Source: Candidatus Omnitrophota bacterium (GTDB lineage: Bacteria > Omnitrophota > Omnitrophia > Omnitrophales > Aquincolibacteriaceae). Taken from it: DNA of 64,000 nt. The notes below the pieces were generated by a model. It was not told the origin of the DNA. It searched no databases and saw only the letters and a list, made by a program, of their open reading frames with translations. How positions within the stretch are numbered: the first letter of the stretch is position 1; the number at the start of each line of letters is the position of its first letter. The stretch spans positions 79,625 through 143,624 of the forward strand of contig CAIJHQ010000045.1 in NCBI GenBank assembly GCA_903820505.1. The letters are read 5' to 3'. Shown piece by piece: positions 29,332 to 39,318 of the stretch. The position numbers were made by a program, and so were the translations under genes.

Positions 29332-30438
29332 TTACGAAACCGCGATGCCCGTTTGAGGATCGAAGAAAAGCGCCTTGCTCATGTCGAACACTACCTGAAG
29401 ATCCTGGTTCATAGCCGCCGTATCCTGGTTGGAAACGCGCACGACAAAATTATTAGTCCCGGAAGTGAGATAAAGATAGATCTCCGAGCCCATCGGCTCC
29501 ACCACATCGACCGTGGCCGTAATAGTGAACTCCGGGCGTGCGTCCTGCGCGAAAATTTTGTCGTAAATATCTTCGGGACGTATACCCATCGTTACTGTCT
29601 GTCCCTTATATTGAGCGACCCGCGAATAAAAATGCGGGAGGATACGGAGTTTGAAATTGCGCTCCACAAAAAAATAATCCCCGTCTTCGGCAAGGATCGT
29701 CCCTTTAAGGAAATTCATCGCCGGTGAACCTATGAAACCGGCAACGAACTTGTTCTGCGGCCGCTCATAAAGGTTCACGGGGTCCGCGACCTGCTGGACC
29801 ACCCCCTTATGCATGACCACGATACGGTCCCCCAGGGTCAAGGCCTCGACCTGGTCGTGCGTCACGTAGATCATGGTCGATTGGAGGCGGTTGTGGAGCT
29901 TCTGGAGCTCCATGCGCATTTGAACGCGCAATTTGGCGTCAAGATTGCTCAGAGGTTCGTCAAAAAGAAATACTTTGGGTTTACGGACGATCGCGCGGCC
30001 GACCGCGACACGCTGCCGCTCCCCGCCCGACAATTCCTTCGGGCGCCGTTTGAGCATCTCATGGGTCAATCCCAGGATATCCGCGGCCTCATGCACGCGC
30101 CGCTCGATCTCCTTGTGGGGATAACGCCGCAGTTTCAATCCGAAGGCGAGGTTCTCATAGACCGTCATATGCGGATAAAGAGCGTAATTCTGGAACACCA
30201 TCGCGATATCACGGTTTTTGGCGGGAACATCATTGACAAGAACGTCCTCGATATAGATCTCCCCCTCGGAGATACCCTCGAGACCGGCGATCATACGCAA
30301 CGTGGTGGATTTACCGCAACCCGACGGGCCGACCAGCACCATGAATTCGCGGTCCTGGATCTCAAGGCTGACATTGTTAACGGCGCGAATACCCTCCTTG
30401 AAGGTCTTCGAAAGGTTCCGCAGCGAAACTTTGGCCAC
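29332..30438 (-). CDS. ABC transporter ATP-binding protein, MalK/UgpC/MsmX type with a C-terminal TOBE domain.
   Basis: Walker A GPSGCGKST, signature LSGGERQRV, Walker B LFDEPLSNLD, plus a ~120 aa C-terminal TOBE-like region. No permease or binding protein is adjacent. Confidence 0.85.
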   Translation of the reverse strand: MAKVSLRNLSKTFKEGIRAVNNVSLEIQDREFMVLVGPSGCGKSTTLRMIAGLEGISEGEIYIEDVLVNDVPAKNRDIAMVFQNYALYPHMTVYENLAFGLKLRRYPHKEIERRVHEAADILGLTHEMLKRRPKELSGGERQRVAVGRAIVRKPKVFLFDEPLSNLDAKLRVQMRMELQKLHNRLQSTMIYVTHDQVEALTLGDRIVVMHKGVVQQVADPVNLYERPQNKFVAGFIGSPAMNFLKGTILAEDGDYFFVERNFKLRILPHFYSRVAQYKGQTVTMGIRPEDIYDKIFAQDARPEFTITATVDVVEPMGSEIYLYLTSGTNNFVVRVSNQDTAAMNQDLQVVFDMSKALFFDPQTGIAVS

Positions 30439-30534
30439 TCAATTTCTCCTTGGCTGAGGACCGCAATGATCCTCGATAACGAAATTAACGGCTTATCAGC
30501 AGTGCCCTGACCGCCCTCCGGTAAAGGATCGTGA

Positions 30535-31371
30535 TCAGGAAAGGTATTCCAGCAAAAGCCCGAGCTTTTGCTTCAGTTCGCTCCGGGCGATCACCATATC
30601 AACGAGCCCGTGATCGAGCAAAAATTCCGAGGTTTGAAAATCCTTCGGAAGTTTCTGGCGGATCGTCTGTTCGATCACGCGGGGGCCCGCAAAACCCAGG
30701 AGGGCCCGCGGTTCGGCGATGATCAGGTCCCCCAGCGACGCGAAACTGGCCATCACGCCGCCCATGGTAGGATTAGTCAGCACGGAAATAAAGGACTTTC
30801 TTTCCTTTTGATAGCGATTGAGCGCGAGCGAGGTTTTGGCCATCTGCATCAAGCTTAGCGCGCCTTCGTACATCCGCGCTCCGCCTCCGGAACCGGATAC
30901 GACGATGAGAGACAGTTTATGTTCCAGGGCGTGTTCGATCAGCCGCGTGATCTTTTCTCCCACCACCGAACCCATAGAACCCATGATGAAACGGGAATCC
31001 GTTACGCCCAAAGCGCAGCTCTTGCCGTGAATCTTCGCCTCCCCGGTCACACACGCTTCCTTGAGCCCCGTTTTTTTCTGGTCCTGCTTGATCTTGTCCG
31101 TGTAAGCCTTAACGGCCGTGAATTTGAGAGGATCTTCCGAATGGAGGTTTGGATCTATTTCTTTGAAGGAATTTTCGTCGGCGAGATGGCGGATGCGCTC
31201 CCAAGCTCCCATGATAAAGTGGTACGAACACTTCGCGCAAACCAGCAAATTCTCTCTGAGGGTTTTGTTGAAAATGACCGTCTGACAGCTCGGGCACTTT
31301 GTCCAGAGACCGGCCGGAATGCTTTTCTTCCTCAGTCCCTTGGTTACAAGAAGTGCCGGCGCGTGCGTCAT
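30535..31371 (-). CDS. accD: Acetyl-CoA carboxylase carboxyltransferase subunit beta.
   Basis: Zn-ribbon CPSCQ...CAKC at the N-terminus followed by a carboxyltransferase domain. The start was placed at the internal ATG (MTHAPALL...). The ORF track begins at a TTG at 31512, which I take to be leader sequence. Confidence 0.9.
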   Translation of the reverse strand: MTHAPALLVTKGLRKKSIPAGLWTKCPSCQTVIFNKTLRENLLVCAKCSYHFIMGAWERIRHLADENSFKEIDPNLHSEDPLKFTAVKAYTDKIKQDQKKTGLKEACVTGEAKIHGKSCALGVTDSRFIMGSMGSVVGEKITRLIEHALEHKLSLIVVSGSGGGARMYEGALSLMQMAKTSLALNRYQKERKSFISVLTNPTMGGVMASFASLGDLIIAEPRALLGFAGPRVIEQTIRQKLPKDFQTSEFLLDHGLVDMVIARSELKQKLGLLLEYLS

Positions 31372-31521
31372 ATGGATAGACGTCCTCTCAAAGGTTGCTG
31401 ATAGGGCTCTACGCCCGTCGTACAAAAAAACCACGAGAGAGCGCTGTTCCCATATCCCTTCCCGTGGCAAGGACCCACTTCGCTTGAGCTCCCCAGTAGC
31501 CGGACGAGTCAAGGTGGAACC

Positions 31522-31549
31522 ATTATAAAAAATTAGGAAGCTGTGTCAA
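31522..31549 (-). promoter_or_regulatory. Near-consensus sigma70 promoter, TTGACA-N16-TATAAT, driving accD.
   Basis: On the minus strand, TTGACA (plus ~31544-31549) and TATAAT (plus ~31522-31527) are separated by a 16-nt spacer. The predicted transcript start near 31514 leaves a ~140-nt leader before the accD ATG. Confidence 0.45.
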
Positions 31550-31620
31550 TTTCTTTCTTCCCCGTAAGTCCAGAAATCTGCTGGCTTTACAACTTTTTTT
31601 TTGCGTGATATGTTTGTTTC

Positions 31621-33042
31621 ATGGAACACGGCCTTCGACAATCCCAGACCCAAAAAATGGTTCTCTCCCCCCAGATGCGGGAGTATCTCCGTCTGCTCCA
31701 TCTTCCTATCGCCGAGCTTTGTCAGGCCGTCGAGGAGGCAGTAGAAACGAACCCCCTGCTAGAAGAAGTGTCCCGTCCCGCGGAGGAGACGCCCCCGGAA
31801 CCCGTTGGGGCTGAAACTTCCGACGAAGCGGAGGAAGATCCCGTTCCGGATAATTGGGCCGCCAAAGATCCGCTTGTTTTCACCAAAAACCCTCCGGACC
31901 TCTCGCGCCGCCGTGCCGCGGAGGTTCAAAAGATCAGGGATTTTCAGGAAACCCTGATCACACGGCCGGAAAGCCTTCTGGATTATCTCCAGTGGCAGGT
32001 CCACTTCCTGGAACTCGATGAAAAGCAAAAAGCGATCGCCGAGCAGATCATCGGAAACATCAACCACGACGGCTATCTGACCGCTTCCCCCGAGGAAGTA
32101 GCGACCGCCGCGGCAGCATCACCGGACCAGGTCCTGGAGATCCTTCAAAAGATCCAACAGCTGGATCCTCCCGGGATCGGCGCACGGAACTTGCGCGAGG
32201 CCCTTCTGATCCAGTTGGAAAGAAAAGGCCCGGAGGCCGCCCTGGCAAAGGAGATCGTCCGTGATCATCTGGACCTCCTGAGCAAAAGGGACCTCAGGAT
32301 GCTCGGCAAGATCTTCAACGCAAGCGAGCCGGATATCAAGAAAGCGGCGGAACAGATCTCCCGGCTGGAGCCCAAGCCGGGCCGCAGCTTTTATGTGGAG
32401 GAAACCCTCGCGATCACTCCCGACGCCACGGTCGCGATCAAGGACGGCACCGAGAACGACCTTGAGATCGAGGTCCATAATGAGATGATCCCCGAACTCC
32501 GCATCAACCCGGAGTACCGCGGAATGATCCGCGATAAAGACATCGACCCAAAAACCAAAGAGTTCCTCTCGACCCGTCTGACGAACGGCCTGGAATTCCT
32601 GAAAGCCCTGGAGCTCCGGAAATCGACCCTGCGGGCGATCACCGAAGAACTCGTCCGCGCCCAGCCTCTTTTCTTCACACGCGGGTTCGCGCACCTTCGC
32701 CCGCTGCGTCTTAAAGATATCGCGGAACGGCTGAACCTTCATGAATCCACGATCAGCCGCGCGATCCACGGAAAGTATCTCAAGACCCCGCAAGGAACAA
32801 TTCCCTATAAAAGTTTTTTTTCGCAAAAGGTGGAAACGGCCGACGGCGAGGGCGAATCACAAAAAAGCATCACGGAGCGGATCCGGAACCTGATCGAAAA
32901 AGAGGACCCGAAAAAACCTTCAAGCGATCAGGCTCTTGTCAGAATGCTCGAGGCGGAGGGGATCAGGATCGCCCGCCGCACGGTCGCAAAGTACCGGGAG
33001 CTTCTAAAGATCCTACCCACTCACTTGCGACGCCGACGTTAA
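31621..33042 (+). CDS. rpoN: RNA polymerase sigma-54 factor.
   Basis: N-terminal Gln/Leu-rich region (LRQSQTQKMVLSPQMREYLRLL). The C-terminal RpoN box is ARRTVAKYRE. 473 aa. Confidence 0.9.
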   Translation: MEHGLRQSQTQKMVLSPQMREYLRLLHLPIAELCQAVEEAVETNPLLEEVSRPAEETPPEPVGAETSDEAEEDPVPDNWAAKDPLVFTKNPPDLSRRRAAEVQKIRDFQETLITRPESLLDYLQWQVHFLELDEKQKAIAEQIIGNINHDGYLTASPEEVATAAAASPDQVLEILQKIQQLDPPGIGARNLREALLIQLERKGPEAALAKEIVRDHLDLLSKRDLRMLGKIFNASEPDIKKAAEQISRLEPKPGRSFYVEETLAITPDATVAIKDGTENDLEIEVHNEMIPELRINPEYRGMIRDKDIDPKTKEFLSTRLTNGLEFLKALELRKSTLRAITEELVRAQPLFFTRGFAHLRPLRLKDIAERLNLHESTISRAIHGKYLKTPQGTIPYKSFFSQKVETADGEGESQKSITERIRNLIEKEDPKKPSSDQALVRMLEAEGIRIARRTVAKYRELLKILPTHLRRRR

Positions 33043-33091
33043 GGACCCGCGATCTGGACGACTGGTTTGGAAATGGCCCGGAGGAAAAGAA

Positions 33092-33164
<73 letters not shown>

Positions 33165-33211
33165 GTGTGACAGCGGACGGCGATTATAACAAAACGTTAC
33201 GACAAATCGAG

Positions 33212-34642
33212 CTAAGACTTAAGGTAAGAATGGATCGCCTGCGCCACCTGCCGCCCCTGGCTGATCGCCCACACGACTAGAGAGGCCCCGCGCGCCGTAT
33301 CCCCCGCCGCGAAAACACCCGGAACCGAGCTCATGCCGTTCGCGTCCGTGGCGACATTGCCGCGCGCGTCATACTGCACGCCAAGGTCACCCAGGAATTT
33401 TGAATGTTCGACGTGAACGAATCCCATCGCCAGGAGCACCAGGTCTGCTTTCAAGGAAAACTCCGTGCCCGGTAATTCGGTCATCACGAACTGCCCGGTC
33501 TTCTGATCGGCCCGCCATTCCACGCGCTGGCAGTGGACTTCACGGACCCCGCCTTCCGGCCCGCCCGTGATCTTCTTCGTCGTGATCGCCCAATCGCGTT
33601 CGCAGCCCTCTTCGTGGGACGTCGAGGAACGAAGGATCTGCGGCCAATAGGGCCATGAGGGATTCCAGGGTTCGTTCCATTCCCTGGGCTTGGGCAGGAT
33701 CTCAAATTGATACACTTTTTTCGCACCCTGCCGGTTCGAAGTCCCGACACAATCCGAACCGGTGTCGCCGCCTCCGATCACCAGAACGGTCTTGTCCTTC
33801 GCTGAAATGATCCCGTCAGCTCCGATCTCGGCGGAAACCGCCTTGTTCGAAAGGGTCAAAAAATCCATCGCGAAATGAACGCCCTGGAGCTCACGGCCCG
33901 ACACCTTAAGATCCCGCGGCGCGCCGGCGCCCATGGTCAGCAAAATCACATCAAACTGCTTCCTGAGATCCGCGGCGGACACCGTTTCCCCGGCATCGAC
34001 TTTCGTTTCGAACCGGACGCCTTCGGCTTTCATTTGTTCGATGCGGCGGTCCAGCACCTTTTTCTCGAGTTTAAAATCCGGAATGCCGTAGCGGAGAATG
34101 CCTCCTATCTTGGGCGCCTTTTCAAAAAGAGTGACTTGATGCCCCAGACGGCGCAGTTGTTGCGCTGCGGCTAGTCCCGCCGGTCCCGAACCAATGATCG
34201 CGATCTTTTTGCCAGTTTCTCTGACCGGCTTTTGGGGCGTGACCCATCCTTCCGCAAAAGCTTTTTCGATGATCGCCAACTCGATCTGTTCGATGGTCAC
34301 TGGAGCCGCATTGATCGACAATGTGCAGGCCGTCTCGCAAGGGGCCGGACAGATCCGTCCGGTCAATTCGGGGAAATTATTCGTCATGGAAAGACGCTCG
34401 TACGCGTCTTTCCACTGACCGCGGTAGACCGCGTCATTCCACTCGGGGATCAAATTGTAAACGGGACATCCCATAGCGTGACAGAACGGAACGCCGCAAT
34501 CCATGCAGCGCGCGCCCTGCTTGTGGATCTCCTCCGTCAAAAGCGGTCCCGTGATCTCCCGATAGTCTTTGAGACGCTCGGAGACCGGGCGCTTCGGAGC
34601 GAGATCGCGTTGATATTCCAAAAATCCGTTGGATTTTCCCAT
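33212..34642 (-). CDS. gltD: Glutamate synthase (NADPH) small subunit.
   Basis: Two Cys clusters (CMDCGVPFC, CPAPCETAC) and a dinucleotide-binding motif IAIIGSGPAGLAAA. Its start overlaps the gltB stop (TAATG). Confidence 0.9.
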   Translation of the reverse strand: MGKSNGFLEYQRDLAPKRPVSERLKDYREITGPLLTEEIHKQGARCMDCGVPFCHAMGCPVYNLIPEWNDAVYRGQWKDAYERLSMTNNFPELTGRICPAPCETACTLSINAAPVTIEQIELAIIEKAFAEGWVTPQKPVRETGKKIAIIGSGPAGLAAAQQLRRLGHQVTLFEKAPKIGGILRYGIPDFKLEKKVLDRRIEQMKAEGVRFETKVDAGETVSAADLRKQFDVILLTMGAGAPRDLKVSGRELQGVHFAMDFLTLSNKAVSAEIGADGIISAKDKTVLVIGGGDTGSDCVGTSNRQGAKKVYQFEILPKPREWNEPWNPSWPYWPQILRSSTSHEEGCERDWAITTKKITGGPEGGVREVHCQRVEWRADQKTGQFVMTELPGTEFSLKADLVLLAMGFVHVEHSKFLGDLGVQYDARGNVATDANGMSSVPGVFAAGDTARGASLVVWAISQGRQVAQAIHSYLKS

Positions 34643-37600
34643 TACGAAAAAACCTCCTCGGTCATGTCGGCGATCTCGGAAGTCCGGATCTGGCGTTCCT
34701 TCAGTTTGCTCAACGCCTTTTTGTAATCCATCGGCATGACCTTCACGAACCGGGGCAGCATTTCGTCCCAGCTTGCGAGAATGGCCGCCGCGTATTTGCT
34801 GCCGGTGAATTTAACGTGCCGCTCAATGCAGGTTTTGAGGAATTTCGCGCTTTCCGTGCCCACCACCGGTTCGATGTCCACCATTTCCAGATTACAACGT
34901 GTGTCAAAAAGCTGACTTTCATCGAGAACGTAAGCGATGCCACCGCTCATCCCGGCCGCGAAATTGACGCCCGTCTCCCCCAAAATGATTACCCGCCCGC
35001 CCGTCATGTATTCGCACCCGTGATCCCCCACTCCCTCGACGACCGCCAAAGCGCCGCTGTTCCTCACGCAGAACCGTTCTCCCGCGCGACCATGGATGTA
35101 AACCTCTCCGCCCGTCGCGCCGAACAAATTCACGTTGCCGGTAATGATGTTGTCCTGCGGCCTGAACGTCGCGGATCGCGGCGGGTACACGATGATCCGG
35201 CCGCCGGAAAGCCCCTTGCCGAAATAGTCATTCGCGTCGCCTTCGAGTTCAAACGTGATCCCGTGCGCCAAGAACGCTCCGAAGCTCTGCCCCGCCGAAC
35301 CTTCAAATTTAATGTGCAGGGTATCGTCCGGCAATCCCTGAAGGCCGTAGCGTTTCGCGACCTCGTAACTCAGGGTCGTCCCCACCGTGCGGTTAAAATT
35401 CCGGATCTTCTGCTCAAGAACAACGGGCTGCTTGAAATCGAGCGCGGCCTTCGCCTTTTTGATAAGGTCCGGATCCAGCGACAGCGAAAAATCGCGCTCT
35501 TGGCCCCTCACGCAGCGGAGAGAGCCTCCCGGCGGGACCTCGGGCTTCATGAGTACCCTGGAAAAATCGAGCCCCTTGGTCTTGTAATGTTCGATCGCGT
35601 CATTCACTTCAAGCAGGTCCACGCGTCCCACCATGTCCTCGAACTTCCTGAAACCCAGTTCCGCCATGAGTTCGCGGACTTCCTGCGCCACGAAGCGCAT
35701 GAAATTCATGAGGTGCTCGGGTTTTCCCGTGAACCGCTTCCGGAGCTCCGGGTCCTGCGTCGCTACCCCGACGGGACACGTATTTAAATGACACTTCCTC
35801 ATCATGACGCAGCCGAGCGCCACCACCGAGGTGGTACCAAAGCCGAATTCCTCCGCGCCGAGCAGCGCGCCGATGACCACGTCGCGGCCCGTCTTGAGTT
35901 GCCCGTCCGTCTGGACGCGGATCCGGTCGCGCAGTTTATTCATGACGAGCACCTGCTGGGTCTCGGCTAACCCGATCTCCCAGGGGGAACCGGCATATTT
36001 GATCGACGAAATGGGCGACGCCCCCGTCCCGCCGTCATGCCCGCTGATGAGCACCATGTCCGCCCTTCCCTTGGCGACCCCCGCGGCCACGGTCCCGACA
36101 CCGACCTCCGAAACCAGTTTCACCGAAATACGGGCCTCGGGATTGGCATTTTTGAGGTCAAAGATGAGCTGCGCCAGATCCTCGATGGAATAAATATCAT
36201 GGTGCGGCGGCGGAGAGATCAGCATCACCCCCGGGGTCGAATGACGGACCCTCGCGATCATCTCATCGACTTTATGACCGGGCAGTTGTCCTCCCTCACC
36301 GGGTTTGGCGCCCTGAGCCATTTTGATCTGGAGTTCGCGCGAGTGCGCCAGATAATTGATCGTCACGCCGAAACGCGCCGAAGCGACCTGTTTGATCATA
36401 CTTTTGCTGGAATCCCCGTTGGGCAACGGCTCATAACGGGCTTCATCCTCACCGCCTTCGCCCGAATTGCTCGCGGCACCCAGACGGTTCATCGCGATGG
36501 CAATGGTCTCGTGGGCCTCCTTGCTGATGGACCCGAACGACATCGCCGAGGAAACGAACCGTTTGAGTATCGAATCAACGGCCTCGACCTCCTCCAAAGG
36601 CACCGCCGGTTGCGAATTCTTGAATTTAAAGAGTCCCCGGAGAGTGCAAAGGTTCTTTGCGATGTCGTTGACGTCCCGGGAGTAGGCCTTGAAGGCCGGA
36701 TAGCTCTCCTCTCGGACCGCTTTCTGAAGATTGACGATCGCTTGCGGCGAGAACAGGTGCTTTTCGGAAAACAGACGGTAATGGTAATTGCCTCCCGGCC
36801 CGAGATTTTCAGCGCCCGGAGCAACATCTTCGAATGCCTTCGCGAAGCGTTCGCGCGCCTCTCTCTCGACAATATCGATCCCGATCCCTTTGATCCGGGA
36901 TGAGGTCCCCGGAAAATATTTTTCGATGAATCCGTCGTTCAATCCGACCGCTTCAAAGATCTGCGCCCCCCGGTAACTCCGGATCGTGGAGATCCCCATC
37001 TTGGACATTACTTTGAGCAATCCCTTTTTCATGGCCGTAATATAATTCTCGATCGCGCCCTCCGTGGTCAGGCCGGCCGACAAATGACCGCGCCGTTTAA
37101 GATCGGCCAGGGTCTCAAAGACAAGGTAAGGATTGATCGCGTTGATGCCATAAGCGATCAGACACGCAAAATGCTGCACTTCACGCGCCTCGCCGGTCTC
37201 CAGCACCAGACCCGCAAGATACCGCTTCCCCTTCCGGATCAAATGTTGATGGACGGCGGAAGCCGCGAGAAGCGCCGGGATCGGAACCTTGTCAGGCCCG
37301 ACGCCACGGTCGCTGAGGATCACCAGCGAATGCCCTTCATCAAGTTTCTTCTCAACCTGTTCGCAAAGGTCATGCACGGCCTTTTCCAGATTCCCTTCCC
37401 GCGGTTCGAAGACCATCGGCACGAGACCGACGCGAAAGCTGTCAAGGTTCGACACCTTCAGCCGCTCGATGTCGTCATTGGTCAGGACCGGATGCGACAG
37501 TTTGAGCTGATGACAGTGCCCCGGCGTTTCATCCAGAAGGTTCCCCTGCCGCCCCACAAAACTCATCAGGGACATCACCAGGTTCTCGCGATAGGGATCG

Positions 37601-39168
37601 ATCGGCGGGTTCGTCACCTGCGCGAACAGCTGCCGGAAATAATTGTAAAGAAGCTGGGGCCGGACCGAAAGCACCGCGAGGGCCGCGTCATTCCCCATGG
37701 ATCCGACCGGCTCCTGGGCGTTCTCGGCCATGGGGATGAGGATCATTTTTTCATCCTCCAGGCTGTAGCCAAAGATCCGCTGCCGGAGGGCCAGCGTCTT
37801 CTCGTCACCTTCGACCGGACCGGGGACCTGAAGAAGTCCCCGCAATTCGATCTTTTTTTCTTCAAGCCATTGCCGGTAAGGCCTGCTATGGGCGATCGCG
37901 GACTTCGTTTCATTATCTTTAATGACCCGCTTTGCGGCCGTATCGATGACGAGCATTTTCCCCGGCGCAAGCCGCCCTTTTTCGAGAACATCGGGAGAGT
38001 TCACTTCCAGGACGCCGACTTCAGAGGCCATGATCACAAGACCGCTCTTCGTGATCACATACCGCGCCGGACGCAGGCCGTTCCGGTCAAGCGTCGCGCC
38101 GACCTTGACACCGTCCGTAAAAGCGATGGCCGCGGGACCGTCCCACGGCTCCATAACGGCCGCGTGATATTCGAAGAAAGCCCGTTTGGCCTCGCTGATA
38201 TGGTATTTCACGCCGAAGGCCTCGGGCACCATCATCATCATCGAGTGCTCGATCGAACGTCCCCCAAGCGCAAGAAGCTCGAAAACATTGTCGAAGATCG
38301 CCGAGTCGCTCAGGTTGGGATTGATGATCGGCAGCAGTTTTTTGATCTCCGGACCAAAGAGGCCGGACTCCATGCGCCCCTCGCGCGCCATCATTTTGTT
38401 GATATTGCCGCGAAGCGTGTTGATCTCACCGTTGTGCGCCATGAACCGGAACGGATGCGCGAGCGGCCAGGACGGGAACGTGTTCGTCGAATAACGCTGA
38501 TGAACGACCGCCAGGGCGCTGATAAAATCGGGGTCCAGCAGGTCCGGGTAGAAATTGACGAACTGGGGTGCGGCGAACATACCCTTGTAGACGATCGTGC
38601 GGCATGAAAGTGACGGAATGTAAAAATCCTCGACGGCCCACCCAAGACTGATCGCTTCGTTCTCCAGGACTTTCCGGAGAATATAAAGCCTGCGCTCGAG
38701 ATCAACGCTTTCGAGCCCATCAAAAGCGAGAAAAACCTGCCAAATGGACGGCATGGCGTCACGCGCCATTTCACCCAAACATTCGGGATGCGTGGGAACC
38801 TGGCGCCACCCGAGAACCTTCCCGCCTTCCTTCTCCGCGCGGGCAACGATCATTTTCCGGGCGCGATCCGCCTCCTGCTCCTTTTGGGGCAGGAAAAGCA
38901 TGCCAACACCGTACTTGCATTCTTCGGGAAGTTTGAAATTGACGCTTTTGCAGAAAAATTTATGCGGCATTTGGACGATCATGCCGGCGCCGTCCCCGGT
39001 CTTCTGATCGCCGCCGACCGCGCCGCGGTGCACCAGATTGCACAGGATCTGGACGCCGTCGCTGACGATCCGGTGGGAACGCGTCCCGTCGACCTTGACG
39101 ACGAACCCGACGCCGCAGGCGTCATGCTCGAGGCCCGGATGATACAATCCCTGTTCTTTCATTCTCAT
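34642..39168 (-). CDS. gltB: Glutamate synthase large subunit.
   Basis: The Ntn amidotransferase Cys is in HDACGVGFV. FMN and 3Fe-4S regions and a GXXDGG-type C-terminal domain are present. About 1500 aa. The start is probably the internal ATG at ~39168; the ORF track extends to 39216. Confidence 0.9.
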   Translation of the reverse strand: MRMKEQGLYHPGLEHDACGVGFVVKVDGTRSHRIVSDGVQILCNLVHRGAVGGDQKTGDGAGMIVQMPHKFFCKSVNFKLPEECKYGVGMLFLPQKEQEADRARKMIVARAEKEGGKVLGWRQVPTHPECLGEMARDAMPSIWQVFLAFDGLESVDLERRLYILRKVLENEAISLGWAVEDFYIPSLSCRTIVYKGMFAAPQFVNFYPDLLDPDFISALAVVHQRYSTNTFPSWPLAHPFRFMAHNGEINTLRGNINKMMAREGRMESGLFGPEIKKLLPIINPNLSDSAIFDNVFELLALGGRSIEHSMMMMVPEAFGVKYHISEAKRAFFEYHAAVMEPWDGPAAIAFTDGVKVGATLDRNGLRPARYVITKSGLVIMASEVGVLEVNSPDVLEKGRLAPGKMLVIDTAAKRVIKDNETKSAIAHSRPYRQWLEEKKIELRGLLQVPGPVEGDEKTLALRQRIFGYSLEDEKMILIPMAENAQEPVGSMGNDAALAVLSVRPQLLYNYFRQLFAQVTNPPIDPYRENLVMSLMSFVGRQGNLLDETPGHCHQLKLSHPVLTNDDIERLKVSNLDSFRVGLVPMVFEPREGNLEKAVHDLCEQVEKKLDEGHSLVILSDRGVGPDKVPIPALLAASAVHQHLIRKGKRYLAGLVLETGEAREVQHFACLIAYGINAINPYLVFETLADLKRRGHLSAGLTTEGAIENYITAMKKGLLKVMSKMGISTIRSYRGAQIFEAVGLNDGFIEKYFPGTSSRIKGIGIDIVEREARERFAKAFEDVAPGAENLGPGGNYHYRLFSEKHLFSPQAIVNLQKAVREESYPAFKAYSRDVNDIAKNLCTLRGLFKFKNSQPAVPLEEVEAVDSILKRFVSSAMSFGSISKEAHETIAIAMNRLGAASNSGEGGEDEARYEPLPNGDSSKSMIKQVASARFGVTINYLAHSRELQIKMAQGAKPGEGGQLPGHKVDEMIARVRHSTPGVMLISPPPHHDIYSIEDLAQLIFDLKNANPEARISVKLVSEVGVGTVAAGVAKGRADMVLISGHDGGTGASPISSIKYAGSPWEIGLAETQQVLVMNKLRDRIRVQTDGQLKTGRDVVIGALLGAEEFGFGTTSVVALGCVMMRKCHLNTCPVGVATQDPELRKRFTGKPEHLMNFMRFVAQEVRELMAELGFRKFEDMVGRVDLLEVNDAIEHYKTKGLDFSRVLMKPEVPPGGSLRCVRGQERDFSLSLDPDLIKKAKAALDFKQPVVLEQKIRNFNRTVGTTLSYEVAKRYGLQGLPDDTLHIKFEGSAGQSFGAFLAHGITFELEGDANDYFGKGLSGGRIIVYPPRSATFRPQDNIITGNVNLFGATGGEVYIHGRAGERFCVRNSGALAVVEGVGDHGCEYMTGGRVIILGETGVNFAAGMSGGIAYVLDESQLFDTRCNLEMVDIEPVVGTESAKFLKTCIERHVKFTGSKYAAAILASWDEMLPRFVKVMPMDYKKALSKLKERQIRTSEIADMTEEVFS

Positions 39169-39318
39169 TCTATTTCCTTCATCGCTCGGTGCCGCCTTCA
39201 AACGGAATTCCTCCACTGGAAGTCGCTGCGAGAGTGGAACACCCGAGGCGCTTGGGCAGCAGAATACCCCTCATACTACAAATTTATACATAAAGGGCAA
39301 AGGCAGGCGGTCGGTATT

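Noticed and set aside
33043-33091. Looked for an intrinsic terminator after rpoN and for a sigma-54 (TGGCAC-N5-TTGC) promoter in the 12736..12919 and 39169..39318 gaps.
   Set aside because: No convincing GC-rich hairpin plus U-tract follows rpoN. The TGGCATGCCCGGCACC at ~12809 lacks the −12 GC spacing on the correct strand. I am not confident enough to call either.
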